Shown here piece by piece: positions 12,226 to 25,214 of a stretch of DNA of 64,000 bases (within the stretch, counting starts at the first letter, position 1; the number at the start of each line of letters is the position of its first letter). The stretch is from Octopus sinensis (Eukaryota). The notes below the pieces were generated by a model. The model was not told where the DNA came from, searched no databases, and worked only from the letters and a program-made list of their open reading frames with translations. The position numbers were made by a program, and so were the translations under genes. The stretch covers positions 82,832,001 to 82,896,000 of the forward strand of contig NC_042997.1 in NCBI RefSeq assembly GCF_006345805.1. Reading direction: 5' to 3'.

Positions 12226-14110
12226 CAGGGGTGTGCAACATTTTTCATTAGCGGGCCACTTTTGAACATTGGAACAACAATCAGGGCCAGTCACCATCAA
12301 AAATATGTAATCTAATGGTAACTAGTGTATTGAGTCATGAATTCATTGTGAATACATTTTTAAACAATAAAGACAAATGAAATTAAGTTTAGTTTTATTA
12401 ATGAGACTTGGTATTTTGTATTTTTGCACAATTTATCAATGTCTGCTTTGACTGATATGGCGACAACTAGTCAGATGTTTGTCTGTGAGCTGACTTCAGT
12501 ATCTGTTTCTAGTAAATTTCATTCTTGAGAAGAACTGCTCACAACAATATGTGCTGTCAAAAAGGGTTGTCATTTTCCTAGCTTTTGCTCTAAATTTGGA
12601 TGCTTTCCACATGCATAATTTTTGCAGAAAAACCAAGTCATTGCTATCATAAGAATTTTCTCAAGTCCATGTCAGACTGCAAATCTATCAGCTCCATTTG
12701 ACACTAATCAGGACTGTTCTCAGGTACCATGTCAAATGGCTGAGAAAACAGCTTGAACTCACGTTTCACATTTCCTGAAATCAGCAAATCTGCTTGTAAA
12801 TTCAGCACACAACTTGCCAACACTCAGCATATTTGGAACAATCCAAATCTAGCATTTCTACTTTTCTGTCAGCTAGCCTGAGTAAATGAGTGAGTGCTGT
12901 TCTACTCAGCTCAGTCTGAAAAAGTTGTAGTTTCTTTTCAAAGGAACAAATGTGCCTAAACATCTTGTTCACCAGCTGACTTTTACCTTGTAGTTTAACA
13001 TTTAAATCTGAAAGTTGTTGTGTGATCTCAGTTAGGAAAGCAATATCATTTAACCAATCAGCATCATTTGAATAAGCAACATCTTGTTGCTTATTTACCA
13101 TGAATAATCCAATCTCCTTTCTTAGGTTCCAAAATCTTTTCAAAATAGCAGCTCTACTGAGCCAACGCACTGCAGAGAAGTACACAACATCAAAATAATC
13201 CAAGTCAAGTTCTTCTAAGAAGGCTTTAAATTGCCAATGATTTAGTCCTTGAGCATGAATGTAATTCACACATTGAACAACATTTTTCATAACATCAGTA
13301 AAGCCAAGTAATTTTGTGCACAAGCTTTCCTGGTGTATAATGCAGAGATTCACTTCCAACCTCTTACAAACCAATGGTATCCAAAAATTTCTTAGTGAAT
13401 CCATTGATTCTACCTGTCATTGAGGGTACCCTATCAGTTGTCAGGCCACACAGTTTAGAAGAGTCAAGTTGAAACTTCATGATCAACTTCAAGATTTGTT
13501 CACTAATTCTTGTCTAGTGGTTGTTGAAGACATACTGGCCATTTCCAAAAATTCTTCATTTATTTCAAAATTGTCAGTAATTCCTTATACAAACACAACC
13601 AGTTGTGCAGTGTCACATCTGTCCTTTCATCAAGAGCCAAACTATATTCTGCCATCTATTTATCCTGCAAGTTGATTTATTCTGCGGAACACAGAATGGT
13701 TTGCTGCAATAAATGTTTCTTTTCGAGACATGCAAAATGAGTAAATATGCCCAAGCAACTTTTTTTATAGATTCTCCAAGGTTTCCCCTTTTCTGCAATT
13801 GATTCACAGATTTTGAGGCTAAGCTTTGTTACAAGCTCAGAATCTTTCTTATAACATGTAAATACTCCTTGTTGCTTCTTAATTGACTTGGTCATCTGTT
13901 CTAGTTTGTCCACTCGAGCTTGACCTACCAATGTATCATATATGGTTGAATGTTTCATTGTATGACATTTAATGCTGTATTCCTTCATTATGGCTATTAC
14001 ACATACAATACCTTTATTGAGCCGAACACCCAAATATTTGTTGCTCCAGTCATTGTTGAATATTCTTCCCTCATCATAAGATGGTGAGCTGGCAGAAACA
14101 TTAGCATGCT
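12226..14110 (-). mobile_element. hAT transposon (Charlie/SPIN, GTF2IRD2-like transposase), 5'-truncated and decayed
   Basis: One TIR caggggtgtgcaac at 12226 preceded by atctagac. Transposase fragments: GRIFNNDW...KEYSIKCH, YSLALDE, CIIHQESLC, VRWLSR, and a C-terminal STYCCEQFFS dimerisation motif. Confidence 0.85.
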
Positions 14111-14744
14111 GGGTGAAATGCTTAATGGTATTTTGTCTGTCTTTACGTTCTGAGTTCAAATTCTGCTGAGGTCAACTTTACCTTTCATCCTTTCGGGATC
14201 AATAAATTAAGTACCAGTTGCATACTGGGGTTGATCTAATCAACTGGCTCTCTCTCCGCAAAATTTTGGGCCTTGTGAGAATCCAGAAATACCTTATGAG
14301 AACCCAGGATTGGGTTCAAAATCCTACCAGGACATCTGTTGAAGGCTGGAGAGTAAATCAGCTGAAACGTGGTAACAATAAACAAGATGAGGGCACATAT
14401 CTGTCTAATGTAAATAATGAACAATAACTACCACAAAAATATTGAGTTTTCAATAATTATTTACTCCAAGTTTCATGTTGCCATTTTCTAAAATCACATT
14501 CCATGTTTAACATGAACTCAGAGTAACACAAGTGTTGAAAATCCATCATCATCATCATTTTAGTTTGGTTTCGATGTCTCTACCTGAGACCTAAAACTAG
14601 TAACTATGTTATAATGAGAGGAATTCTTTCAACAGATGTGCTGTTGAGATTAGACATCATGTATATTTGATTTCCATGTATATATATTTGATTTTCATGT
14701 ATATATATTTGATTTTCATGTATATTTGATTTTCAATGAAGGTT

Positions 14745-17340
14745 GAAGACTATTTTTTAAATCACGCTTAGTGCTCCTACTACTGTTGACAGAGTAACTG
14801 TTTTCACTTTCCACACTCTACTGATTTCTATCTCTAGGTTCTTGTATTTAGCTAACTTTACGAATTCTTTGATATTTTGATTAGATGGTACTGTCATATC
14901 TGTTAGCATGAATTCTGTCGATGATCTTTGGTAATAATATCAGGTGTATTGGCATTTATCTGTCAGTATGGATGGTAAAATCCCACAGAATATAGTTAAC
15001 TCTATTACTGTCTGTGACTGGTTTCAGGTGGTGTTCATACCAGTTTTTAGGAAAGGGTACGTCAAATGATGACACATGTTCCAGTGTAGGTGCAACCTTA
15101 TTCGCTCATGACTGGGTTTGTACCTAGTTATTGAGAATTTAGAGCAGCTGGCTATAATGTGGCTGATAGTTTCAATACTATTATCACATAGTCTACAGTC
15201 TGAGTCAGCACCATTGTAGAAAATGTTTGCTTAGTAGCTTGTTGTGCATAGAGATTGATTCTGAGATGCCATTATAAAACCTTCAGTTTCTGCCTTTAGA
15301 CCTGAACTGCGCAACCACTGATATGTTTTTTCTTTATCTATATCTGCTTCCTTTGTTCGTTTGGGATACTGACCATGGAGTGGTTTCTTTTGCCTTTTTT
15401 TTATAAGCTTTTACAGGCCTTCTTTTTTAGCTTTTGTTTGTCTTGTTTTACTGTTTCTATTTGTAATGCAGCTTTGACCTTGTCATTTTTACTCAAGTTT
15501 AGTTCTCCTTTATACTTCTGTGTCTCTAATGACAAAATGTAGCTTTTTGTTATATTCCTGTTGATTTACTAGCTGTATCATCCAGTTGTAGTTATTTTGG
15601 ATGTATGAATTTAGTCCTATTGTGGTGATCCTGTAAGATGAGGCCTCTATCACCCTCGTTTCGGAGAGCACACATTCTATGAATATCAGCATTTGGATGA
15701 CACATCTTGTTTATTGTCATTAGTTTTCTCGTTTTGGTGTCCATTTGTTGGATTTCATTTGCATTCCATTTAATTATATTAAAACTGTACTGTACCACTG
15801 GGATAACAAGTGAATTAATGGCTTGAATCCTATTCTGGGAATTTAGTTTTGTTTTCATAATCAGTTTTACTCTTTTATAATATTCTTTCCTGATTTTTTC
15901 CTTCATGGTGCTATGTTGTATCACTTTCTTTTCATTTATTCCCAGATATTTGTGTGCTCCATCTTGGTCTAATTCTTTGATTATGGTGTTGTCATTTAGC
16001 ATAATGGACGGTGTAGAAATGTGTTTTCCCCACTTAAATGTTACTTTGGCACACTTATCCAAACCAAATTTTTTACTGTTGTTAGTCATTTTTACAGTTG
16101 TTAGTAATCTATCTAGAACGTTATTATTTTTTGCATATAACTTGAGGTCATCCATATTAAACAGATGTGAGATGGCTCTATCAAATATTTTGTATCCATA
16201 TTGTGTATAGTTCAGTTCACGTGATAGAGGTAGGAATGCTAAGCAAAAAAATAATGGGGACAATGAGTCTCCTTGGAATATATCTCGGTTAATCAGATGT
16301 ACTTCTGCCTTTATTATGATTGAGGTATCACATGAATATACTTTGGTGGAGAAAACCTTTAATAATTGATGATATTTTGTACAAGTCTAGAGATTTTGCA
16401 ATCCATGGGTGAGATACACTATCGAATGCCTGCGGTAATCTATCCAAGCTGTACTAAGATTATGGCTTTTAGAGGAGCAGTTTTCAAGTATTGTTTGAGT
16501 AACCAAAAGTTGATTTTTGTTTTCATAGCAATTCCTACGGTAGCCCTTTTGTTCCAAAGGCTGAATGTCGTGTTGCTCAAGAAATTGGTGTGTGTACTCT
16601 GTTAGAATTGGTGTTAATATTTTGTAAGTGGTAGAAGGCAGTGAGCTGGCAGAATCATTAGCTGGGCAAGATGCTTTTGTCTATCTTTACGTTCTGAGTT
16701 CAAATTCCGCCGAGGTCAACTTTACCTTTCATCCTTTCGGGATCGATAAAATAAGTACCAGTTGAGTACTTGGATCGATGTAATCAACTTATCTCCATCG
16801 CCCAAAGTTGCTGGCCTTGTGCCAAATTTTGAAACTAATATTTTGTAAGTGGTAGTAAGGCACGTAATTGGCCAATAATTCTTCAGGTTTTTAGTTTCAT
16901 CCTTTCTAGGCAGCATATAAATTACTATTTAGGTTAACCAAGATAGCATTTTTTCTGGGTTTGTCATTATGTCTGATAAACACCTTGATAATTACTTGTG
17001 TGATGTTGTCAGAGCATTAAGCCAAATGTTTTGTATAAAATATGCCCAGGGGATTTCTATTTATGAGCCTTTGATAAGGCTCTTTTCAGTTCTCCGACAG
17101 TGATATATTCCAAATTCTGATCTTGTACATTTTTTGTTCCTCTTCAGAATTTTCATTAAATCCCTCGTTGATACTCCATATATTGCTACTCCATATACTT
17201 TTCCAGAACATTTCTACTTCATGCATTTCAGGCAGGTACTTAATTTCTATACAGATATGTATGTAAATAATTGTGTATATTATTATACATGATGATAAAA
17301 TAAATTGCAATTTGTAATATGTCTGGCTGTTCATTTAAAG
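14745..17340 (-). mobile_element. R4/Dong-type non-LTR retrotransposon (RT + CCHC + restriction-like endonuclease), decayed
   Basis: KNYWPITCL, AFDSVSH, SPLFFCLA...HLFNMDDLKLY, YLG, CRLC...ETISHI...C, LWDFTIHTD, KYKNLEIEI...VVGAL; interrupted by a SINE at ~16637..16835. Confidence 0.85.
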
Positions 17341-18608
17341 AAAGAAATATGCTAAGAAAGGATTGTGCAATGGTTCAAGGTTTTTGGTAGGCCTCTAAGA
17401 AAAGTGGTAGTGGAAGTCAATGGGATTGAATACTTCAAATAAAAAATAAAAATAAAGGAAGATCAAAAATCTTTCCCGAGCCAAAAGTTTGTAAGGTTAG
17501 CTACCTGAATTCTGTGACAAATATTCCTCACTGGACAGGATTCCAGTCTGTTGCAGGATTATACCTTTTGCCAGCTAAGTGAACTGGAGCAACATGAAGG
17601 GTTTTGCTCAAGAACACGATGGATCTCCTAGTCCAGGAATCGGAACCACAATCTTATGACTATTACAACACCGTAACTTAGTGGTTCGGCAAAAAGAGAC
17701 CGGTAGAATAAGTACCAGGTTTGAAAAAGTATTGGGGTCTATTTGTTCGATTAAAAGTCTTGAAGGCAGTGCCTCAGCATGGCCGCTGTCCAGTCACTGA
17801 AATAAAAGATAGCCCAAGATGCCTAGCTTTGCTTAACCAGCTGTTGATCAAAGACATTTCAGCTGTAACCATCCCGGTTTTATTTTTCTGTGTAGGACAA
17901 TATTGCGCAAATTGCTTTTAATTTTCTCTTTTTAGAGCTGTGATTTTAGCGATATTTAACTGCAATTTCTAGTAGGTAGCATGTTCATACAGTAAAGCAG
18001 ATTGGGAAACCTTTTTGACAATATGAGTGAATTGCCTGTGCATAAGAAATCTTCGTGGGCGTTCTGATAAAAAATAGCAAATCTTTAATTTGATAAACTA
18101 ATTAGACATGCTCGCTATCATAGAAATCAGCATTGATTAGTGTTTTTAAGTCTTCTTCAACCAGATAATTATAAACGCTTTCCATGCCATAATAAGCCGG
18201 AAGATGCCAGAACACCGATGGTCGGCGCTGTCGGGAATTCAAAACACCAAGTAAAAGTGAAAATAGGAAGCTCCAGAGTAAATATTAATTTGATCATGCG
18301 TAATAACTGGATAAAACGAAACGTGAATATCCTTTTCACTGAAAAAGTCTTCTCTAGTTAGCAGCCAAAACTTCAAGTTTGCGTGTGCGCGGGTATGTGT
18401 GTGAGTACGTATTTGTTTATGTATGTAAACTTGTGTGTGCATGCATATCTGTGTGTGTGTGTGTGTGTGTACTTGGTTAATCGCATTCTTTTAGCCATTG
18501 CTTTTATAAGAGAATAAGCTTCATCAAATTAAAACTACTGATATTAAATACATGTATAGAATGAAGGCCTCAACTGTTTGGCATAACTGAGACATAATTC
18601 TGCATCAT

Positions 18609-18706
<98 letters not shown>

Positions 18707-19259
18707 TCCATTATGAAACTGATCATTTTTATTTTGTATTAAATTGATATAAATACATGCATTTTCAATTGTTACATTTTTAAAGAACCTTATTAGCCAA
18801 TCGTAAATTTATTCCCCACCATTGCCTTTAGAATATTTAAATGGTTTATGATATCTACCAAAGAACCCAAATCATATCACTATTTCGGGTCATCTAATTT
18901 CTAACTTTTTTGTTAGCAAATTTCTGTTGAAATACTCTACCTTTGTTTCAATTGATTTTTAAACTAATGAAAGATTTAGTAAAATAACTGTCAGTATTAC
19001 TATGCTCATTTTGAAATCTACATTAGGGATTCGAGCTCCAATCACAAAGTGTTCAGTTAGGAACTACGAGTGAGCCACCACAGTTTCAAGTGATTGATTT
19101 ATAAATCGACCAATCAGAGTGAAGCTGTGGCGTGATATGACTCCTCGGATGATCTAAAATTTTCTTCTTCCCACTCTATAAAATCCGTTTGGTGCCTAAC
19201 TCAGACCAAACGATCTCAGCCGACTGCTAAAGCCAGACGGCCTCGACATCCCGCGATTT

Positions 19260-19701
19260 GGATCTTTTCGGTTTGAACGACAGTTTTTAACATAATTTCT
19301 AGGTCACTAAAAAATTTTAAACTTAGTATACTGGTAGAATGTGTTTATAAAACATCTTTCTCTCTTGGCTTTATTGAGAAAATTCTGTAGTTTGTAAGAT
19401 ATTTGTTTTTTTTTTTTCAATTTCTACAATTTCAACTAATCAGTGACGTCTATTGAGTTAAAAAGCATTCTGTGCCGTATGAATATGTCCCTCGTTTAAG
19501 AAACAGATTGGGTTTATTTACATTTGTGAAGAAAAAAATATACCCTTCCCCCACCCCTAACCCTAACCCTAACCCTAACCTTAACTAATCCTAACCCCAA
19601 AAGAGATTGAAATGCAATAGATCGATTCTAGGGTCATAAGTATAGGTGACAATTTCATATGACACCGCTAGAAAAAACTGCCGTTCAAACTGAAAAGATC
19701 C
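19260..19701. mobile_element. MITE with GGATCTTT TIRs, 8-bp TSD and internal telomeric repeats
   Basis: TIRs ggatcttttcggtttgaacgacagttttt / aaaaactgccgttcaaactgaaaagatcc; TSD cgcgattt (19252-19259, 19702-19709); (CCCTAA)4 at 19555-19578. Confidence 0.85.
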
Positions 19702-19840
19702 CGCGATTTGGTCTCGACATCCCGTCATTTGTCTCAGACGGCCTCGACATCCCGCATTTGTCTCAGACGATGTCGGGCATTCGTGTAGACGACCTCGGAC
19801 ATTCGCATAAATCACCTTGGGCACTCACAGAAAGCATGCC

Positions 19841-20139
19841 GGCAATCTTTCGTCTCTAGTAGACCTTTCCGTCGATTTCCGTAAAAATTTTTTTTTTTTA
19901 CATATGGGCTTGCGGGAACTTTTGAAGTAATGAGAGCGAAAGAGACTAAGAGAAAGTATGATGAAGGAAGTTCTTTTGAAGTTACCGTGCATGTATTGAT
20001 GTACATGTGTGTGTGTGTGTTTGATGAAGTGTGGGAGACAGACAGTATGTTGTGTAAGTGAAGTGCTTCTGTTAGTGTGTCTCTAAAATATTTTTTTACG
20101 GAAATCGACGGAAAGGTCTACTAGAGACGAAAGATCGCC
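19841..20139. mobile_element. MITE (299 bp) with ~48-bp GGC(A/G)ATCTTTC TIRs and 8-bp TSD
   Basis: Near-perfect TIRs; TSD agcatgcc at 19833-19840 and 20140-20147. Confidence 0.85.
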
Positions 20140-21694
20140 AGCATGCCGCTAAGACCAGACCACCTCGGACATTCGGATAGACCACTTCGAGCAAGAAACA
20201 ATTTCTGACATTCACACATAATGTACACCGCTATCCTTCTACAAAACTGCGCGGTTCTCTCCTCCTAGTCAGCAGTTATATTATTAGCATTTTCTTTTGT
20301 TATCAGCTAACGCAGTAAATCATATCCAGCAGTAAATATTGTTAAAAGTTCGTGAGTTTACTTCATTTATTATACACGCAGCCAGCTAGACCACACGACG
20401 ATATCTTCAACAATACAATACACAACACCCACAAGACGCTACATGCCCTACCAGCATTTAGAAGTTTATATTCAATTGTCCTCCCGTTCAATAAATCCTA
20501 TTATAAAAATATACAATTAAGTCCACGTCTGATCATTATGGTATAACACGCAGCCAAACTCACACCAACAAATAACAACATACCCAAATAACGACAGTGG
20601 TGACCCCAACGCAACCAAGTTATCTTACCACGACAGTGTGACAAGAACATAACATATATTAATATGAAAGTTCGATGGAAAGTTTTGAGATCACTTTGAG
20701 AAAGTAAATTTGTATGATAGTACCAAGAGCAAACATCATCAAATTGCTACAATAAGTCACCATGTTGCTCCTCAATTTTCTTCAAAATTGTTTTAAATTC
20801 TCTTTTACCAATCCTTTGTTTTTATGAAGTCAATACATTTTGTTACTGTTTTCATCACAGTATTCATTCCTCCACAACAGGCTCATAACTTTTGCTGGCG
20901 AATAAAATAATGATGCACTATGAAGATATTAGAAAACATGCATTTTAGTGTTGTAAAAAAGTGAAAGTAAATTGTGCCCAAATCGACAATTGTGAAATCA
21001 CGAAATTTCAACGCAAGTACCCGGTTATATAGTAACTTCTAGTAATAGCACGAGCATTTCTGAAATAGCAGCTGAAGTACAACGCTGCAACGTAGTAAAC
21101 CAAACGAGTGATAGCTACAGGGACGAGTTTGATATCCGATGGATGGGCTTCCTATGTTAGTTTCGGTCACATGTATAGTTGTGAACCCGTAAACCATCTA
21201 TAAATTTTGCTGATCCAACGATAAGAGCATTCATATGGAGACTTTCGAAGGGCAGAAGATGCTCGTCAAGAATGAACTCGGGTGACAATGCGGAACGAGC
21301 GATATTTTATTTACATCATATCTATATGAATATCTGTTGTGAAATAGATTTATAGATTGCATAAAATCGCTGTATGAATGTTGTATGCATCATTTTCATA
21401 TTAGATATTCTATAACAGTTCACTTTTACCTTTTCAGGGCACTAAACTGCATGTTGTCGGTTCTCCAGTTCTTTTTTGATCAAAGCAACAAGTCCTTTTT
21501 TTTTCATTCTACGATGGATGTTGAGCAAAGTGAAATCCTTACTGCTGACTGAACTCACTCTAAAAAAGACTTATTGTTCACTCTAATGCTGAGTAAAAAG
21601 CAGTCCGTCAAAATATTCAGCAGGGAACCGTCAATATTAGAAAGGAGAGAAAAGAAAACAAGATATAGATTATATGTAGTAGATGTGTGTGTGT

Positions 21695-21772
<78 letters not shown>

Positions 21773-21874
21773 TGGAGAGAGAGTGCGTGCATGCGTGCGT
21801 TTACGTGACCAAGGCCGGCCCTAGGATTGCTAGCGTGACGGCCAAGATAAACGTTGGCATCCTAATGTATATTA

Positions 21875-21980
21875 CTAGCAGTATAACCCGGCTTTGCTCG
21901 GGATTAAGTTGGCATTATTAAGCTAGAAAGCAAACTAAGTAACATCGACATCAAATTTGGGCGAAATCCGTTGATATTGG
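21875..21980 (-). mobile_element. Helitron 3' end fragment
   Basis: A-CTAG followed by the GC hairpin cccggctttgctcggg; homologous to 22920 onward. Confidence 0.65.
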
Positions 21981-22004
21981 TATATATATATATATATATA
22001 TATA

Positions 22005-22274
22005 TCACCGTGATCACCGTGACCGACCAGGCTATCAGATGTTGCTACACATCGCTGGTCACAATGCGCTTCGCATTGTTTTATCCTTCAAATGACGCCA
22101 CCCCGCTGGCTAAGCGAGCAGGCCAACAGAAGAAAGAGTAAAGCAGGGATCGCCACCACCCCCTGCCGAAGCCTCGTGGAGCTTTTAGGTATTTTCGCTC
22201 AATCAACACTCACAATGCCCGGTCTGGGAATCGAAACCGCGAATCCGCTGCCCTAACCACTGGGCCATTGCGCC
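22005..22274 (-). mobile_element. tRNA-derived SINE (family C)
   Basis: A box TGGCCCAGTGGTTAGG and B box GGTTTCGATTCC on - strand; a body segment recurs at ~35135-35160. Confidence 0.75.
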
Positions 22275-22919
22275 TCCACACACACACACACACACAGATA
22301 TATATGTTATATAATATAAATAATATAAATATATATGGGCAACACACACACACATACACACACGTACACCTATTGCATATATGTTTTTTGTACGCATACA
22401 TGTTCATAAACAGAAATGAATGGAAAAAACGTTGGTAAATTTGTAGATTAACACTCGCACGATTCTCACTAAGAAAAAAAAATCGGATTTTTTTGCGTGG
22501 AATCAACTACGCTGGTCTCCTAATTGCTACAAAACCCATTTTGTGGTCCGAAAAACGGGGTGGGGTGGGGTGGAAGCCTCGGAAATTTTACCCATTTATA
22601 TTGTGTAATTCACTGACAAATTGTTATCTACCTCTTTGTTCCTTTGTCGTTAAATAAATGGATTCTCAACAAAACACTTTTTTCCTCGGCGTAAAATTAA
22701 ATAAAAACTCTTTCGCGCCCAAAGTAATATGTGTGTGAGAGGGGGAAAAACATGAACGATTTAAAATAAATAAATGATTTAAAATATATTTTGATTGTTG
22801 TGTGAGAAAGTATATATAATCTGATTATGAAATATAGTATCTTTCAAAAACATCCTAAATTTGAAGACTATATCACGTGTTTAAGAAAAAAACAAACCAT
22901 TTTACATTTCTATTTTTGA

Positions 22920-24091
22920 CTAGTAGTATAGCTCGGCTTTGCTCGGGATTAAGTTAGGATTATTAAGCTAATCAAGCTCTTTATTTCAAAGCAAACTAAG
23001 TAACATCGATGTCAAATTTGAGTGAAATCCGTTAAAATTAGTAAACTTTTGGCTGAAATTTTGCAGACAATTTGATTGGGAAATCCCATAAGGAATCGGT
23101 TTATCGATTTTTTCCACTCATCGACTGTTTTTTTTTTTCGTTTTTGGAGAACTCAAAGCATTCAAAGATCTCATGAATCCTAAGTAATGATGGCATCAAG
23201 TTTGAACAAAATACATCAAAATTGGTAGACGTTATGGTTGAAAATGGGGTGTAGCCAATTTTAGTGGGAAGTCCTATAAGGAATCAGTTTATCGACTTTT
23301 TTTTAATCCTGATTAAATGGAAAACCCTATAAGGAATCAGTTTATTGATTTTTCACTCCAAATAGGACTTAAACTACTTGGTTAAGTCCTATTTGGACAT
23401 TGCTGATTCAAAAACATCAATATTTATACTTTAAAGTTGGTTTCCATACACAACCCAGTTCTGCGGAATCAGTGTCGCGACGGGAGCGCATGGGTTTGGG
23501 AGTTTGATTGGCAGAGGTGATCAGGTTGCATATGCCAATCCTTTTGAAAACACCACCCCCATCATATAACCCCACTTTGCCCATGGGTTGAGAACCCTTC
23601 CAGCAAGGAAAATAGAACGCCCAAAAGGGCTCCCGATCCTCTGTTTGATAAGTGGTTATGTTCAGATCACAACTAAATATATATATGGGCAACACTCACA
23701 CAAACATATACGTACATACACCTATTGCATACATGTTTTTGCACGTCTTTTCCCCTGCTCTTGTCCCACCACCACCTCCTACCCCAGTAATACCATCAAT
23801 TGAAGCAAATTTGGCACCCGGACGTAAGTTTTGTAACAAGAATAGAGAAGCCTACCTTCTCCCACAGAGATGTGAGAGTCAGATCTCTGCTTTCGAAACA
23901 TTGCTTACAAAATAATAGCTAATCGTTTGCGAAGGAGCGTGTCTACAGTCAACACGTAGGTCTTTTGCTCTAGTAACCTCTGCTCTCTCCTATGTTCACG
24001 TACGACCAGCTATATATTGCTATGAGTAGAGCAAAACTGATTCAGTTAATTTGGAAATTAGCTGTGGAGAAACGGAGAATATCGTTTATAT

Positions 24092-24125
<34 letters not shown>

Positions 24126-25140
24126 CGGGCAACACATACACACATTGCATGCATGTGTTTTGTACGCATACATGCTCGTGTGTGTGTGTGTGACTGAAGC
24201 CATTCACACATACATACATACATAACAACCCCTGTCTGTCAATCACTCACTAAAAGACGAAATTTTAAAAATCTGTTATCTCTCTCTCTCTCCCCCTCCC
24301 CCTCTCTCTCCCTTTCTTTACACCGTCGCTAGAAGGGGTCTTAACTCATGTTTGTAAACAATGGTGTATTTCTCCGCCATGAAAATTGTTAGAAGTTATG
24401 GCTCAAAATTATTTACCGCTATTCGCGGGTGCCTCGGGGGAAAATAATTTGACGAAAACACAGCTAGGATCGTGACGAATGTCCTCCTAAAATTTGAGCA
24501 ACATGCGTGCTAATATGTGGATGTGCATAAACTACATTCACGTACACACATACACACACACACACATCCTGCCTTATATATATATACAGATGAACGCTGT
24601 CATTCACTCTCACTCTCTCTCTCACTTTGTCTTTATTTTTTTTTGTTAGACGCAATCAAACTCTCTCCCTCTCTCCCTTACACATACTTTTTCTCTACTT
24701 TTTAGTTAGACGCTGTCAGACACACACTCTATCCTTGACACACACACATACATACATCAACACACAACTTTTCTCTCTCCCTCACACACACATACATACA
24801 TCAGCACACAACTTCTATCTGTCCATCACACACACATACATACACCAACACACAACTTCCCTCTCTCCCTCACACACACGCACGCACACTTTCACTTAGC
24901 TATGGCAAGAAGGGACTTAACTTTTGTTAGCAAACTTCAAAATTGGTAAAAGTTATGGTTGGAAATAGATATTTACCGCTATCCGCGGGTGCCTCTGAAA
25001 AAGAAGAAGTGGACAAAACCCAAGTAGGATGGTGACGAATGTCCTCCTAAAATTGGAGCGACATGTGTGCTAATTTGTAGACGTGCATAAACTGCATTCA
25101 CTTACACACACACACACACATACACACACACACACCCTGC
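22920..25140 (-). mobile_element. Composite non-autonomous Helitron-derived region with internal duplications (right boundary uncertain)
   Basis: CTAG plus hairpin at 22920; repeated modules at ~23080/23268/23322, ~22330/23678/24122 and ~24400-24560/24950-25130. Confidence 0.45.
23799..24090 (+). pseudogene. Relic of Helitron PIF1 helicase C-terminus
   Basis: IEA...G, SFA...SQHVGLLL, PMFTYDQLYIAMSRA and TENIVY are collinear with IEAT...FAMSINK...FSHGQLYVGCSRV...KNFVY of the in-window Helitron. Confidence 0.65.
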
Positions 25141-25214
25141 CTTTATATATACAGATTTTAAAGACTTTTCAAAAAGTAGAGAAACAAGAGGTAGCGAAGA
25201 TGGGAGATGTATGC

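Larger units (their letters stand above)
19200..20190. repeat. CpG-rich degenerate minisatellite-like host repeat (gacggcctcgacatcccg / gacgacctcggacattcg units)
   Basis: At least five related units on both sides of the two inserted MITEs. Confidence 0.6.

Noticed and set aside
12802-14159. Host gene GTF2IRD2/EPM2AIP1-like
   Set aside because: Multiple frameshifts and stops, no introns and a flanking TIR indicate a dead transposon rather than a domesticated gene.
19555-19594. Telomere or chromosome end (also 42884-43024)
   Set aside because: Short, degenerate and enclosed by TIRs: interstitial and transposon-borne.
19230-19810. Short repeats with spacers resembling a CRISPR array
   Set aside because: Units are degenerate and irregular, the context is eukaryotic, and the large spacer is a MITE with a TSD.
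21002-21480. Exon-like segments at ~21030-21150 and from 21438
   Set aside because: Their phases are not compatible with each other and I could not link them to the 27-33 kb chain.
22212-22274. tRNA gene (also SINE heads at 63072, 39417 and 36289)
   Set aside because: A and B boxes are present but there is no complete cloverleaf, and each continues into a repeated SINE body.
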